Assembly (NCBI GenBank): GCA_964582365.1
Contig: CAZOQV010000003.1
Span: forward strand, 1-59,103
Origin: an uncultured Gammaproteobacteria bacterium
GTDB taxonomy: Bacteria > Patescibacteriota > Microgenomatia > UBA12405
DNA length: 59,103 nt
Direction of reading: 5' to 3'
Shown here one piece after another: positions 9,573 to 17,737 of this stretch (the stretch's first letter is position 1; each line of letters opens with the position of its first letter). Under the pieces are notes generated by a model that saw only the letters and a program-made list of their open reading frames with translations, was not told the origin of the DNA and ran no database searches. A program made the translations under genes and the position numbers.

Positions 9573-10529
9573 CTATTTTTTGTGGGTTTTCAACTTTTCT
9601 TTTGTCTTTTTATCAAAAAACAATAAAACTCCACCAAACAAAGAATTCATTATTCCTAATATTCCTAAAAAGGTTGACATTAATAAAATACTTTCAGTTG
9701 TCCCTCCAACTTGTAAAAAGAAAAATAAATATAACTGTTCTCTGGCTCCAAAACCACCAATCGAAATTGGCAACAATAAAATTGTTGAAATAATTGGAAT
9801 AAAAATAAACACTGACAACATCCCAATATTAGTTCCAAGTTGTCTTCCTATAAACCATATTTGCAAAATCCAAAATACTTCACTTAGAATTGATATCAAT
9901 AAACATTTTGTTATCTGTTTTTTATTCTCACCTTTTAATAAATTAAAAATGTCGTTAAATTTATTTAAAAATTTTATTTTTAATAAAAGTTTTGATACAT
10001 CAAAAAAATAAACTATTATATAAAATAAAAAACAAATTAATGACAAAACTATCAACAAATAAAAAACATAATCTGGGATAAGTAATCCTATTTTTCCTCC
10101 TATAATTGCTGCTATTAATCCTAAAAATATAAAAACAGAAAATCCAATAAATCTATCTAAAAAAACTGACCCAAACACTTTTGTTTTTGAAACCTCCGGA
10201 TATTTTTGATCAATTACTATCCATTTTGAAATTTCTCCAGCAATCATTGTTGGGAAAAATAAAGAAGAAAAAGCAGCCAAAAAACTAGCTCTAGTAAAAG
10301 TTAAAAGAGTTTTAATCTTTATTTTTTTAAACACCAGCAGACTCCACCTAAAGGAAATTAATGTCACCAAAAAGAAACTCCAAACAATATTTAACAAAAC
10401 AAACCAAAGTGGAATATTTTTAATTTCACCAAAAAGTTTTAAAACATCAACTTTTTTAAAAGCAAAATAAATTAAAACAGCTGAAAATATAAATTTAAAC
10501 AACTTCGACCCAAAAATTTTCTTTAACAT
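9573..10529 (-). CDS. UPF0104 / lysylphosphatidylglycerol-synthase-TM-region-like (flippase-like) membrane protein
   Basis: 318 aa, about 8 TM segments. The N-terminus KLFKFIFSAVLIYFAFKKVDVLKLF and the overall architecture are typical of this family, which is often found in glycan clusters. Confidence 0.55.
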   Translation of the reverse strand: MLKKIFGSKLFKFIFSAVLIYFAFKKVDVLKLFGEIKNIPLWFVLLNIVWSFFLVTLISFRWSLLVFKKIKIKTLLTFTRASFLAAFSSLFFPTMIAGEISKWIVIDQKYPEVSKTKVFGSVFLDRFIGFSVFIFLGLIAAIIGGKIGLLIPDYVFYLLIVLSLICFLFYIIVYFFDVSKLLLKIKFLNKFNDIFNLLKGENKKQITKCLLISILSEVFWILQIWFIGRQLGTNIGMLSVFIFIPIISTILLLPISIGGFGAREQLYLFFFLQVGGTTESILLMSTFLGILGIMNSLFGGVLLFFDKKTKEKLKTHKK

Positions 10530-10573
10530 AAACTAATTATTAGCATAACACGAAGTATAATTAGACTAAATCA

Positions 10574-11812
10574 ATGAAAATTTTACTTTTAAGTCACATT
10601 TTTCCTCCAGCCATTGACGGTGGCTCAAAAGTCATTTACAAGCTCGGTCAGTATTTAAAATCCCAAAATCATCAAACTCTTTATGTTTCCTCCAATTGTT
10701 CCAGCACCGACGATTTCGTCAAATCAAAATATAAAAAAATATCTGCAATCAACGATCTATCATCTACGATCTATTTACCCGTTTATCACCATCTTCGTCG
10801 TCCTCTGAAACTATTTCAAATTATTTGTACTAATTTTTTATTCATAAATCCTAATTCTTATTTCATAAATCTAATTAAAATATTTCAGAAAGGTCCAATC
10901 TTTAAAATTATTCCATTTTTAAAAGCCATTCACCAAATTTTAAAATTCAAACCAGATTTAATTATCGCCGGCCCACTTCCAACTACCATCATTTTGTATG
11001 CTGAATTAATAAAAAAAATATCTAGGATCTATAATCTACGACCTAAGGTCTTACTTAATGCTTCCTTTCATCCCACTGATCAAGACTTTCAACAAAAACC
11101 ATTAATTAACACCTTAAAAAAGGCAGATTATTTATGGGCTCTTACCCAATCAGAAACCGATTATTTTATTAAAAACTTTAATATCGATCCTCAAAAAATT
11201 ATTCTTGCTGGTAATGGAGTTGATGAAAATTTTCTCACCACCAAAAAAATATCTACGACCTACAATCTACGATCTAACATCTTATTTATCGGTTCTCTTG
11301 CTTCCCATAAACGTGTTGATCTTTTAATCAAATCATTTTCTACGATCTACAATCTACGATCTAACGCCTCACTTACTATTGCTGGTCAAAAAACTCTTTA
11401 CTATCCTCAAATTGAAAAACTAATCAAATCTCTCGACCCAAAAACAAAAGCTAAAATTAAATTCATTTTTGATTTTAAATCAAAAGATTTAGCCAAAATT
11501 ATCGACAATTGCTCAGTTTTAATTTTACCTTCAGTTCAAGAAAGTTTCGGTCTCGTTATTATCGAAGCTTGGGCTCGCCAAAAACCTGTCATCTGTGCCG
11601 ATATTCCAGCTTTAAAAGAATTAGTTAAGAAATCAAATGGAGGTTTATTGTTTAAAGCTGACGATCAAAACGATTTGACCAAGCAAATTCAATTTATTTT
11701 AGACAATCCGCAAAAAGCACAACAACTGGGACAAAATGGTTACGATTATGTTAAAAATAACTATACTTGGAAAAAAGTTGGTCATAAAATATGTCAAGAA
11801 ATATCATTCTAA
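10574..11812 (+). CDS. glycosyltransferase family 4 (GT-B fold) carrying four ATCTACG-type arrays
   Basis: N-terminus KILLLSHIFPPAIDGGSKV. C-terminal domain ILPSVQESFGLVIIEAWARQKPVICADIPALKELV (E-x7-E region). Confidence 0.8.
   Translation: MKILLLSHIFPPAIDGGSKVIYKLGQYLKSQNHQTLYVSSNCSSTDDFVKSKYKKISAINDLSSTIYLPVYHHLRRPLKLFQIICTNFLFINPNSYFINLIKIFQKGPIFKIIPFLKAIHQILKFKPDLIIAGPLPTTIILYAELIKKISRIYNLRPKVLLNASFHPTDQDFQQKPLINTLKKADYLWALTQSETDYFIKNFNIDPQKIILAGNGVDENFLTTKKISTTYNLRSNILFIGSLASHKRVDLLIKSFSTIYNLRSNASLTIAGQKTLYYPQIEKLIKSLDPKTKAKIKFIFDFKSKDLAKIIDNCSVLILPSVQESFGLVIIEAWARQKPVICADIPALKELVKKSNGGLLFKADDQNDLTKQIQFILDNPQKAQQLGQNGYDYVKNNYTWKKVGHKICQEISF
10741..10775 (+). repeat. ATCTACG-family heptamer array (degenerate, 5 units), in-frame in GT4
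   Basis: Units ATCTGCA ATCAACG ATCTATC ATCTACG ATCTATT, read as ISAINDLSSTIY. Confidence 0.7.
11040..11067 (+). repeat. ATCTACG-family heptamer array (4 units), in-frame in GT4
   Basis: Units ATCTAGG ATCTATA ATCTACG ACCTAAG, read as ISRIYNLRPK. Confidence 0.75.
11252..11279 (+). repeat. ATCTACG-family heptamer array (4 units), in-frame in GT4
   Basis: Units ATCTACG ACCTACA ATCTACG ATCTAAC, read as STTYNLRSN. It matches the array at 11339-11366 at 26 of 28 positions, including a 20-nt identical run. Confidence 0.85.
11339..11366 (+). repeat. ATCTACG-family heptamer array (4 units), in-frame in GT4
   Basis: Units TTCTACG ATCTACA ATCTACG ATCTAAC, read as STIYNLRSN. Confidence 0.85.
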
Positions 11813-12246
11813 TTATTAGTCCTATTTTAATAGTAATAGCCGGAATTCTAATTTGGCGATTATTTTTTTATCTTCCACCATCAAATTCTGTCAAAATTAA
11901 AATTAAAAATATTGATTACAAAATCGAATTAGCCAAAACTACAACTCAAAAATCAAAAGGGTTGTCTGGAAGAGAAACTCTTTGTAAAAATTGCGGCATG
12001 CTTTTTATTTTTGGCTTTGAAACCAATCTCCCTTTTTGGATGAAAAATACCCTTATTCCTCTTGATATAATTTGGCTTGATAAAAATGGAAAAATTGTCG
12101 ACATTCAAACTATTACTGAAATTAATTCCACCAAAATTCATCAAAATCAAACTCCAGCCAAATATGTACTCGAACTAAACGCTAATGATTCACAAAAAAT
12201 AAACCTTAACATCGGCGATGTTATTCAGTTACCCAATACTTTATAA
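11791..12246 (+). CDS. DUF192 domain protein
   Basis: N-terminal TM segment, then ELAKTTTQKSKGLSGRETL..CGMLFIF......FWMKNTLIPLDIIWLDKNGKIV, the DUF192 signature. Overlaps the upstream GT4 by 22 nt. Confidence 0.75.
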   Translation: MSRNIILIISPILIVIAGILIWRLFFYLPPSNSVKIKIKNIDYKIELAKTTTQKSKGLSGRETLCKNCGMLFIFGFETNLPFWMKNTLIPLDIIWLDKNGKIVDIQTITEINSTKIHQNQTPAKYVLELNANDSQKINLNIGDVIQLPNTL

Positions 12247-12276
12247 CTTTATAAACTTTATAACTTGACAAACTTC
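12238..12276 (+). repeat. CTTTATAAC/CTTGAYAAAC 8-9-nt tandem array spanning the DUF192 stop and the TTG start of the next GT2
   Basis: Sequence actttataactttataaactttataacttgacaaacttc. It shares AACTTTATAACTTGA with 15596-15647. Confidence 0.75.
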
Positions 12277-13248
12277 TCTATAATTATTCCAAACTACAAC
12301 GGTGCCAATTTTTTAACCGATTGTCTTAACTCACTTAAAAAAGCTATCGATAATTGTCCTAGTTCCGAATTCGAAATAATTTTGGTTGATAATAATTCCC
12401 ATGACAATAGTCTTGAAGTTTTTGAAAATATTATTCCTAAAAATTTTAATTATCGGATTTTATTAAATTCCCAAAATAATGGTTTCGCTAAAGCTGTAAA
12501 TCAAGGTATCGAAAAAGCTAAATATAAATGGGTAGTCTTGCTAAATAATGATCTGACCATGGAAGCAAATTGGTTTCAATTAATTTCTGAAAATATTAAA
12601 AAAAATAAAGATCCTAAAATAGCCACTTTTTTTGGTACTGTTTTAAATAAAGATGGCACCAAATTTGAATCCCAAGGTTTAAACTTTTTTTATTCTGGCA
12701 AATGCCAAAATATTTCTAATGGCAAAAAATTTCATAAATCAAAAATCTTAAATCTTAAATCTTCTCTTGTTTGGGGAAGTTCCGCTGCTTTTGTTGTTTA
12801 CAATAAAGAAATATTAACTAAATCTGGTTCTTTTGATGAAGATTTTTTTGCTTATGAAGAAGATGTTGATGTTGCTTTGCGACTTCACAATTTAGGCTAT
12901 AAAACTTTATACATTCCTCAAGCTATTTCTTATCACCTTGGAGGTGGCACTAGTAATAAAATGGGGATATTTAGATATAAAATGGATGCTAAAAATTGGC
13001 ACTATATTATTATTAAAAACTTTTCGACACCAGAAATTATAAAAAAATTTTTCAAAATTACAGAAGAACGCCTCAGAAACTTATCAGGATTAACTAAGCA
13101 AACCATCCATGCCTATAAAATAAAAGCATTTTTTTATTTACCTTTCATTATAATTTCTACCTACGGTCAAGTTTTGATAAATATTCCCAAAATGTTAAAA
13201 AAACGCAAACAAATCCAAAAATTGTTAAAATTAGAAATTAGACATTAG
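12265..13248 (+). CDS. glycosyltransferase family 2
   Basis: FSIIIPNYNG, ILVDNNSHDNS, NNGFAKAVNQG and FFAYEEDVD (DxD/ED region). TTG start; there is no in-frame ATG before the conserved SIIIP strand. Confidence 0.85.
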   Translation: MTNFSIIIPNYNGANFLTDCLNSLKKAIDNCPSSEFEIILVDNNSHDNSLEVFENIIPKNFNYRILLNSQNNGFAKAVNQGIEKAKYKWVVLLNNDLTMEANWFQLISENIKKNKDPKIATFFGTVLNKDGTKFESQGLNFFYSGKCQNISNGKKFHKSKILNLKSSLVWGSSAAFVVYNKEILTKSGSFDEDFFAYEEDVDVALRLHNLGYKTLYIPQAISYHLGGGTSNKMGIFRYKMDAKNWHYIIIKNFSTPEIIKKFFKITEERLRNLSGLTKQTIHAYKIKAFFYLPFIIISTYGQVLINIPKMLKKRKQIQKLLKLEIRH

Positions 13249-13258
13249 AAATTTTGAT
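13224..13258 (+). repeat. TTRGAAA heptamer array containing the stop codon of the GT2 gene
   Basis: Units GTTAAAA TTAGAAA TTAGACA TTAGAAA TTTTGAT. The reading frame gives LKLEIRH, then TAG at 13246-13248. Confidence 0.85.
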
Positions 13259-13265
13259 TTAATTT

Positions 13266-14402
13266 ATGATCATCGGCATAGATATCTCCACTATTCCCTA
13301 CAAAACCGGCGTTAGTAATTACACTTTAAACCTCGTTAGAAATTTAGTTAAAATTGACAAAATTAATACCTACAAACTTTTTTATTCATCTCTTCGTCTT
13401 CCTTTTCCATCAGAAATAATGGAGATCAAAAAAAATCATCCTAACATCAAACTTTATCACTATAAATTACCTCCAACTTTTCTCCAAATTTTATGGAACA
13501 AATTAAAACTTTTTCCAATTGAATTTTTTATTGGTTGTTGCGATGTTTTTCACACCTCAGACTGGACCCAACCCCCAACCATAAAAGCCAAAACTATTAC
13601 TACTGTTCATGATCTTACTCCTTTTTTACATCCAGAATGGCATCATCCTAAAGTAATCGTTGCTCATAAAAATAAAATGTTCTTAGCTTCTAAAAAATGT
13701 TCTAAATTTATTTGCGTTTCTCAAAGTACTAAAAATGATTTATTAAAAATATTTTCCAAAATTAATCCCCAAAAGATTGAAGTTGTTTACGAATCAGCTG
13801 AAGAAAAATATGGAAAATTTTTAAAACTTTCTCCAGAAGAACAACAAAAGAAAAAGGGGACTATCGAAAAACAATATGGTTTAGAAAAATTTATTTTAGC
13901 CCAAGGTACGAGAGAACCTCGAAAAAATCTCAAAAGATTAATTGATGCTTTTATTATTTTTAAGAAAAAAAATCCAAAGTGTAAAGTTGATTTAGCTATT
14001 ACTGGAAAATACGGGTGGGGAGAAGATGTTGACGGCATCAAAGATCCTTCAGTAAAAATTCTTGGGTTTATTCCTGAAAAAGACATGGTCGCTCTCCACG
14101 CCAGCGCTCTTTGTTTAATTTATCCTTCTTTATATGAAGGTTTTGGTTTACCCCTAGTTAAATCTTTAAAAGTTGGCACTCCTATTATTACTAGTAATGT
14201 TTCATCTATGCCAGAAGTTGCCGGCAACGCTGCTCTTTATGTCAATCCTAATTCAATCGAAGATTTGGCCAAAACCATTACTAAAATGATTAAAGTTTCT
14301 GCCGTCAGAAAAAAATTAATAGCCAATGGCTTAATTCAAGCCAAAAAATTTGATTGGATGAAAACCGCCCAACAAACCTTATCGGTTTATCAAAATTTAT
14401 GA
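13266..14402 (+). CDS. glycosyltransferase family 4
   Basis: IIGIDIS N-terminus. C-terminal IYPSLYEGFGLPLVKSLKVGTPIITSNVSSMPEVAG. Confidence 0.85.
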   Translation: MIIGIDISTIPYKTGVSNYTLNLVRNLVKIDKINTYKLFYSSLRLPFPSEIMEIKKNHPNIKLYHYKLPPTFLQILWNKLKLFPIEFFIGCCDVFHTSDWTQPPTIKAKTITTVHDLTPFLHPEWHHPKVIVAHKNKMFLASKKCSKFICVSQSTKNDLLKIFSKINPQKIEVVYESAEEKYGKFLKLSPEEQQKKKGTIEKQYGLEKFILAQGTREPRKNLKRLIDAFIIFKKKNPKCKVDLAITGKYGWGEDVDGIKDPSVKILGFIPEKDMVALHASALCLIYPSLYEGFGLPLVKSLKVGTPIITSNVSSMPEVAGNAALYVNPNSIEDLAKTITKMIKVSAVRKKLIANGLIQAKKFDWMKTAQQTLSVYQNL

Positions 14403-15517
14403 TAATTGGAATTGATGGAAATGAAGCCAATATTAAAAATCGTGTCGGCGTTGGCCAATATGCTTTTAATCTCTTAAAAAATATCTATTCACTCGATCAA
14501 AAAAACCAATATATTATTTATTTGAAAGATCAGCCTTTATCAGATTTACCAAAAGTTAGACATAATTGGACATATAAAATCTTTGGACCTCAAAAACTTT
14601 GGACAAAAATTGCTCTTCCTTTTCATCTTTTTACTCAAAAGGAAAAATTAGATATTTTTTATTCTCCCAGCCATTATTCTCCTCAATTTGCTCCTTGCCC
14701 TACCATTCCTACTATTCATGATTTAGGCTATCTCCAATTTAAAAGTCAATTCACCAAAAAAGATTTTTATCAATTAACTAATTGGACCAAACAATCAATT
14801 AAAAAATCCGCCCATATTGTCACTGTCTCTAATTTTTCTAAAACTGAAATAGAAAAAATTTATCACATTAATCCTGAAAAAATCACTATCGCTTACAATG
14901 GGGTCGATAACTTTCCAAAAATCGATGATAAAAAACAAAAGGAAATCCTTTCCATCTACGATCTACAATCTAAAAACTATTACCTATACCTCGGTACTCT
15001 TAAACCAAACAAAAATATACCTTTTTTAATTAGATCTTTTGCAAAATATCTACGATCTACGATCTACGATCTAAAACCTAAGCTTGTAATAGCTGGTAAA
15101 AAAGGTTGGTTGTTTGACGAAATTTTTTCCACTGTTAAACAAGAGGGTATTGAATCCAGTATTATTTTCACCGATTTCATTGACGATAATCAAAAAACTA
15201 TTCTTTATCAAAATGCCAAAGCCTTAATTATGCCCAGCATTTATGAAGGATTTGGCATCCCTGTTATCGAAGCCATGAAATTAAATACTCCAGTAATTTC
15301 CAGTGATATTCCACCATTAAAAGAAGTAATTGAAAATAATGGCTTTTATTTTGACCCTGGCAATCAAGAAGAATTAGTTCATCAATTAATCAATTTTGAA
15401 AGACTTGATTCTAAAGAAATAAAAAAAATGACAGATCTTGCCAAAATCAGAGCCGATTTTTTCACTTGGACCAACACTGCCAAATCTGTTTTACAAGTTT
15501 TTGAACAATTCGTTTAA
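14399..15517 (+). CDS. glycosyltransferase family 4 with two ATCTACG arrays
   Basis: Start set to ATG 14399 (MIIGIDGNEAN), which forms ATGA with the upstream stop. C-terminal IMPSIYEGFGIPVIEAMKLNTPVISSDIPPLKEV. Confidence 0.85.
   Translation: MIIGIDGNEANIKNRVGVGQYAFNLLKNIYSLDQKNQYIIYLKDQPLSDLPKVRHNWTYKIFGPQKLWTKIALPFHLFTQKEKLDIFYSPSHYSPQFAPCPTIPTIHDLGYLQFKSQFTKKDFYQLTNWTKQSIKKSAHIVTVSNFSKTEIEKIYHINPEKITIAYNGVDNFPKIDDKKQKEILSIYDLQSKNYYLYLGTLKPNKNIPFLIRSFAKYLRSTIYDLKPKLVIAGKKGWLFDEIFSTVKQEGIESSIIFTDFIDDNQKTILYQNAKALIMPSIYEGFGIPVIEAMKLNTPVISSDIPPLKEVIENNGFYFDPGNQEELVHQLINFERLDSKEIKKMTDLAKIRADFFTWTNTAKSVLQVFEQFV
14954..14974 (+). repeat. ATCTACG-family heptamer array (3 units), in-frame
   Basis: Units ATCTACG ATCTACA ATCTAAA, read as SIYDLQSK. 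It lies directly before the first strand (YYLYLGTL) of the C-terminal Rossmann domain. Confidence 0.8.
15048..15075 (+). repeat. ATCTACG heptamer array (3 perfect units + 1), in-frame
   Basis: ATCTACG x3, then ATCTAAA, read as YLRSTIYDLK. Same core as 20508-20535. Confidence 0.9.
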
Positions 15518-15564
15518 ATAGGTCTAAATTTGGAATAAAATGACAAATTTTGCCTATTTATACG

Positions 15565-15582
15565 ATCCCGATTTATCGGGAT
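15565..15582. other. perfect 8+8 palindrome ATCCCGAT-TT-ATCGGGAT in the 136-nt spacer after the GT4 gene
   Basis: Read directly from the sequence. It is relatively GC-rich within an AT-rich spacer. No U-tract follows on either strand, so terminator and operator cannot be distinguished. Confidence 0.3.
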
Positions 15583-15595
15583 AAACAGTTCCTCT

Positions 15596-15647
15596 ATATT
15601 TACAACTTTATAACTTGATGAACTTTACAACTTGATAAACTATAATC
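15596..15647 (+). repeat. CTTTAYAAC/CTTGATRAAC 8-9-nt tandem array ending in TATAAT, 7 nt before the acetyltransferase ATG
   Basis: Sequence atatttacaactttataacttgatgaactttacaacttgataaactataatc. Confidence 0.75.
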
Positions 15648-15653
15648 ATATAT

Positions 15654-16247
15654 ATGAAAGATCGAACTGGTAAGAATCTAAACACCCAAGAAATTACTCA
15701 AAAGATTATCAATCGTTTTAAAACCATTTGTCTTGAATTTTGGCTTATGATTTTACGTTTTGTTGGTTTTATTCCTCTTCATTTCGTTAGAAAAATCTTT
15801 TATATGGCTTCAGGAATTAATATGCCTTGGAATTCCACTATTCATATTGGCGCTAATTTTTTTAATCCCTCAAACATCAAAATCGGTCACGACACTATCA
15901 TCGGCGATCATTGTTTTCTTGACGGTCGCACTAAATTAATTATCGGTAATCATGTTGGCATTGCCAGTCAAGTTTTGATTTACAACGACGAACATAATAT
16001 TCATTCCAGCAATTACGAAAATTCTTTTGGCCCAGTTGAAATTGGTGATTATGTTTTTATAGGACCTCGAGCTATAATTTTACCTAATATAAAAATTGGA
16101 AAAGGGGCTGTGGTTGCCGCTGGAGCAGTCGTCACTAAAGATATTCCTGATTTTGAAATTTGGGGTGGAATACCTGCTAAAAAAATAGGTGATCGAGAAA
16201 ATAAAAACCCAAATTACAAACTCGGTCGAGCCATGTTATTTCAATAA
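15654..16247 (+). CDS. hexapeptide-repeat (left-handed beta-helix) sugar O-acetyltransferase
   Basis: Repeated [LIV]-G-x4 hexapeptides (IGHDTIIGDHCFLDG, IGNHVGIASQVLI, IGDYVFIGPRAIILPNIKIGKGAVVAAGAVV) and a C-terminal GIPAKKIG. Confidence 0.8.
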   Translation: MKDRTGKNLNTQEITQKIINRFKTICLEFWLMILRFVGFIPLHFVRKIFYMASGINMPWNSTIHIGANFFNPSNIKIGHDTIIGDHCFLDGRTKLIIGNHVGIASQVLIYNDEHNIHSSNYENSFGPVEIGDYVFIGPRAIILPNIKIGKGAVVAAGAVVTKDIPDFEIWGGIPAKKIGDRENKNPNYKLGRAMLFQ

Positions 16248-16248
16248 T

Positions 16249-16794
16249 ATGATAAAAAAAACACTAATCATTTTATTTTGTCTTTTTAACGTATTTACCA
16301 TTGTTTATTTAATTACTCCAACTCCAATTCTTCCTGATCTGGTTAATAGTGTTAAATCTGACGAACCAGGTGATACTACTCAATTAGCCAATGTTTCCGC
16401 CTATTACACTAACATGACTCGCACTGAAGTCATGAATTTTTATAAAGCTTATTACAGTGGTTCATTCAGAATTATTCTTAATCATCCACCCGAAAAATCT
16501 AAAGAAATAATTAAAGACACTATTCAAAGTTACTATTTTGAAGAATTTGTTTTACCTTTTAAAGAATCACTTTTTATCAATGGTTTTGAATGGGAAAATG
16601 ATGTTTTTACTAAAGTCGAAGGCAGAGTTAAAAATAAACTGATTTTTAAAGACAAAGAATATAAGGCTAAAATTACCATTAAAACCATTCCTACTTCCAA
16701 ATCAAAACGTATCGCTGCTTTTCTGTTCACCGAAGCCGCCATTATTTTCGCTATTTACGCTTATGTTTCTTTTTTAAGGAAAAAACATGACTAA
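16249..16794 (+). CDS. hypothetical protein with N- and C-terminal TM anchors
   Basis: Start set to ATG 16249 (MIKKTLIILFCLF). No recognisable family motif. Confidence 0.4.
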   Translation: MIKKTLIILFCLFNVFTIVYLITPTPILPDLVNSVKSDEPGDTTQLANVSAYYTNMTRTEVMNFYKAYYSGSFRIILNHPPEKSKEIIKDTIQSYYFEEFVLPFKESLFINGFEWENDVFTKVEGRVKNKLIFKDKEYKAKITIKTIPTSKSKRIAAFLFTEAAIIFAIYAYVSFLRKKHD

Positions 16795-17737
16795 TCCTCT
16801 CCTTTCAATTATTATTATTTCTTACAATACCAGTCAAATTACCGTTAATTGTCTTAAGTCTATTTTTCAAGACAAAGGCTTAAAAGAAATACCTTACGAA
16901 ATTATTATCATCGATAACGATTCAAAAGACGATTCTGTTGCTCAAATTAAAAAATTAAAAAAATCATTAGATATTAGAAATTTGAAATTAGAAATTATTG
17001 AAAACAAATTTAATGCTGGTTTTGGAAAAGCCAATAATCAAGGATTAAAAATTGCTAAAGGTAATTATATTTTATTACTAAACTCAGATACTCTAATTTT
17101 ACATTCAGCCATCAGCCAATCATTAAATTGGCTTTGTTCACATCCTGAAGTTTCTGTTTGTACTGCTCAATTATTAAATAAAGATAAAACAATTCAAGCT
17201 TCTGGTGGTTTTTTCCCCAATCTTTCCAATGTTTTAACTTGGTGCTTAAATCTCGATGATCTTCCCTTTATTAATAAAATAATCAAACCATTTCATCCTC
17301 ACACTCCCGCTTTTTATACTCATGACAATTTTTATTTAAAAGATCACCAACAAGATTGGGTAACTGGTGCTTTTATGTTGATCCGTTCATCTCACTTAAA
17401 ATCAACTGGTGGTTTTGATGAAAATTATTTTATGTATGGTGAAGAAGTTGAACTTTCTTATCGTATTAAAAAAAATAATCCTCAATTTCAAACTTGGTAT
17501 TTAATTGGCCCTCAAATTATTCACCTTGGTGGTGCATCAGCTCAAAATAGAATCGATCCACTTTTAAACGAATATCGAGGAATTTTATCTTTTTTTAAAA
17601 AACACAAAAATAATTTTGAATTCAAAATATGTGAATATCTAATTAAATTTAATGCCTTTAGCCGTGGTGTTATATACTCAATAAGAGGTCATAAAAACAC
17701 CGCCTCTCTCTACTTCCAAATATGTTCAAAAATCTAA
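16787..17737 (+). CDS. glycosyltransferase family 2 with an internal TTRGAAA array
   Basis: LSIIIISYNT, IIIDNDSKDDS, NAGFGKANNQG, YFMYGEEVEL. Confidence 0.85.
   Translation: MTNPLLSIIIISYNTSQITVNCLKSIFQDKGLKEIPYEIIIIDNDSKDDSVAQIKKLKKSLDIRNLKLEIIENKFNAGFGKANNQGLKIAKGNYILLLNSDTLILHSAISQSLNWLCSHPEVSVCTAQLLNKDKTIQASGGFFPNLSNVLTWCLNLDDLPFINKIIKPFHPHTPAFYTHDNFYLKDHQQDWVTGAFMLIRSSHLKSTGGFDENYFMYGEEVELSYRIKKNNPQFQTWYLIGPQIIHLGGASAQNRIDPLLNEYRGILSFFKKHKNNFEFKICEYLIKFNAFSRGVIYSIRGHKNTASLYFQICSKI
16967..16994 (+). repeat. TTRGAAA heptamer array (4 units), in-frame in GT2
   Basis: Units TTAGATA TTAGAAA TTTGAAA TTAGAAA, read as LDIRNLKLEI. It lies immediately upstream of the conserved N-x-GF-x-x-A-NQG motif. 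Confidence 0.85.

Noticed and set aside
14399-14402. Alternative genetic code (TGA read as an amino acid, as in some CPR-related lineages).
   Set aside because: TGA terminates ORFs at sensible protein ends and in ATGA or TGA-coupled junctions (14400-14402, 23362-23364, 41915-41917). Conserved proteins are full length under the standard code.
15048-15075. Classical slipped-strand phase variation as the general role of the heptamer arrays.
   Set aside because: Most arrays are imperfect (mixed unit variants), which suppresses slippage. One array sits in essential ileS, and several are intergenic or terminal. The idea remains possible only for the perfect 3-4-unit arrays at 15048, 20508 and 22814, and is kept as a sub-hypothesis in the findings.
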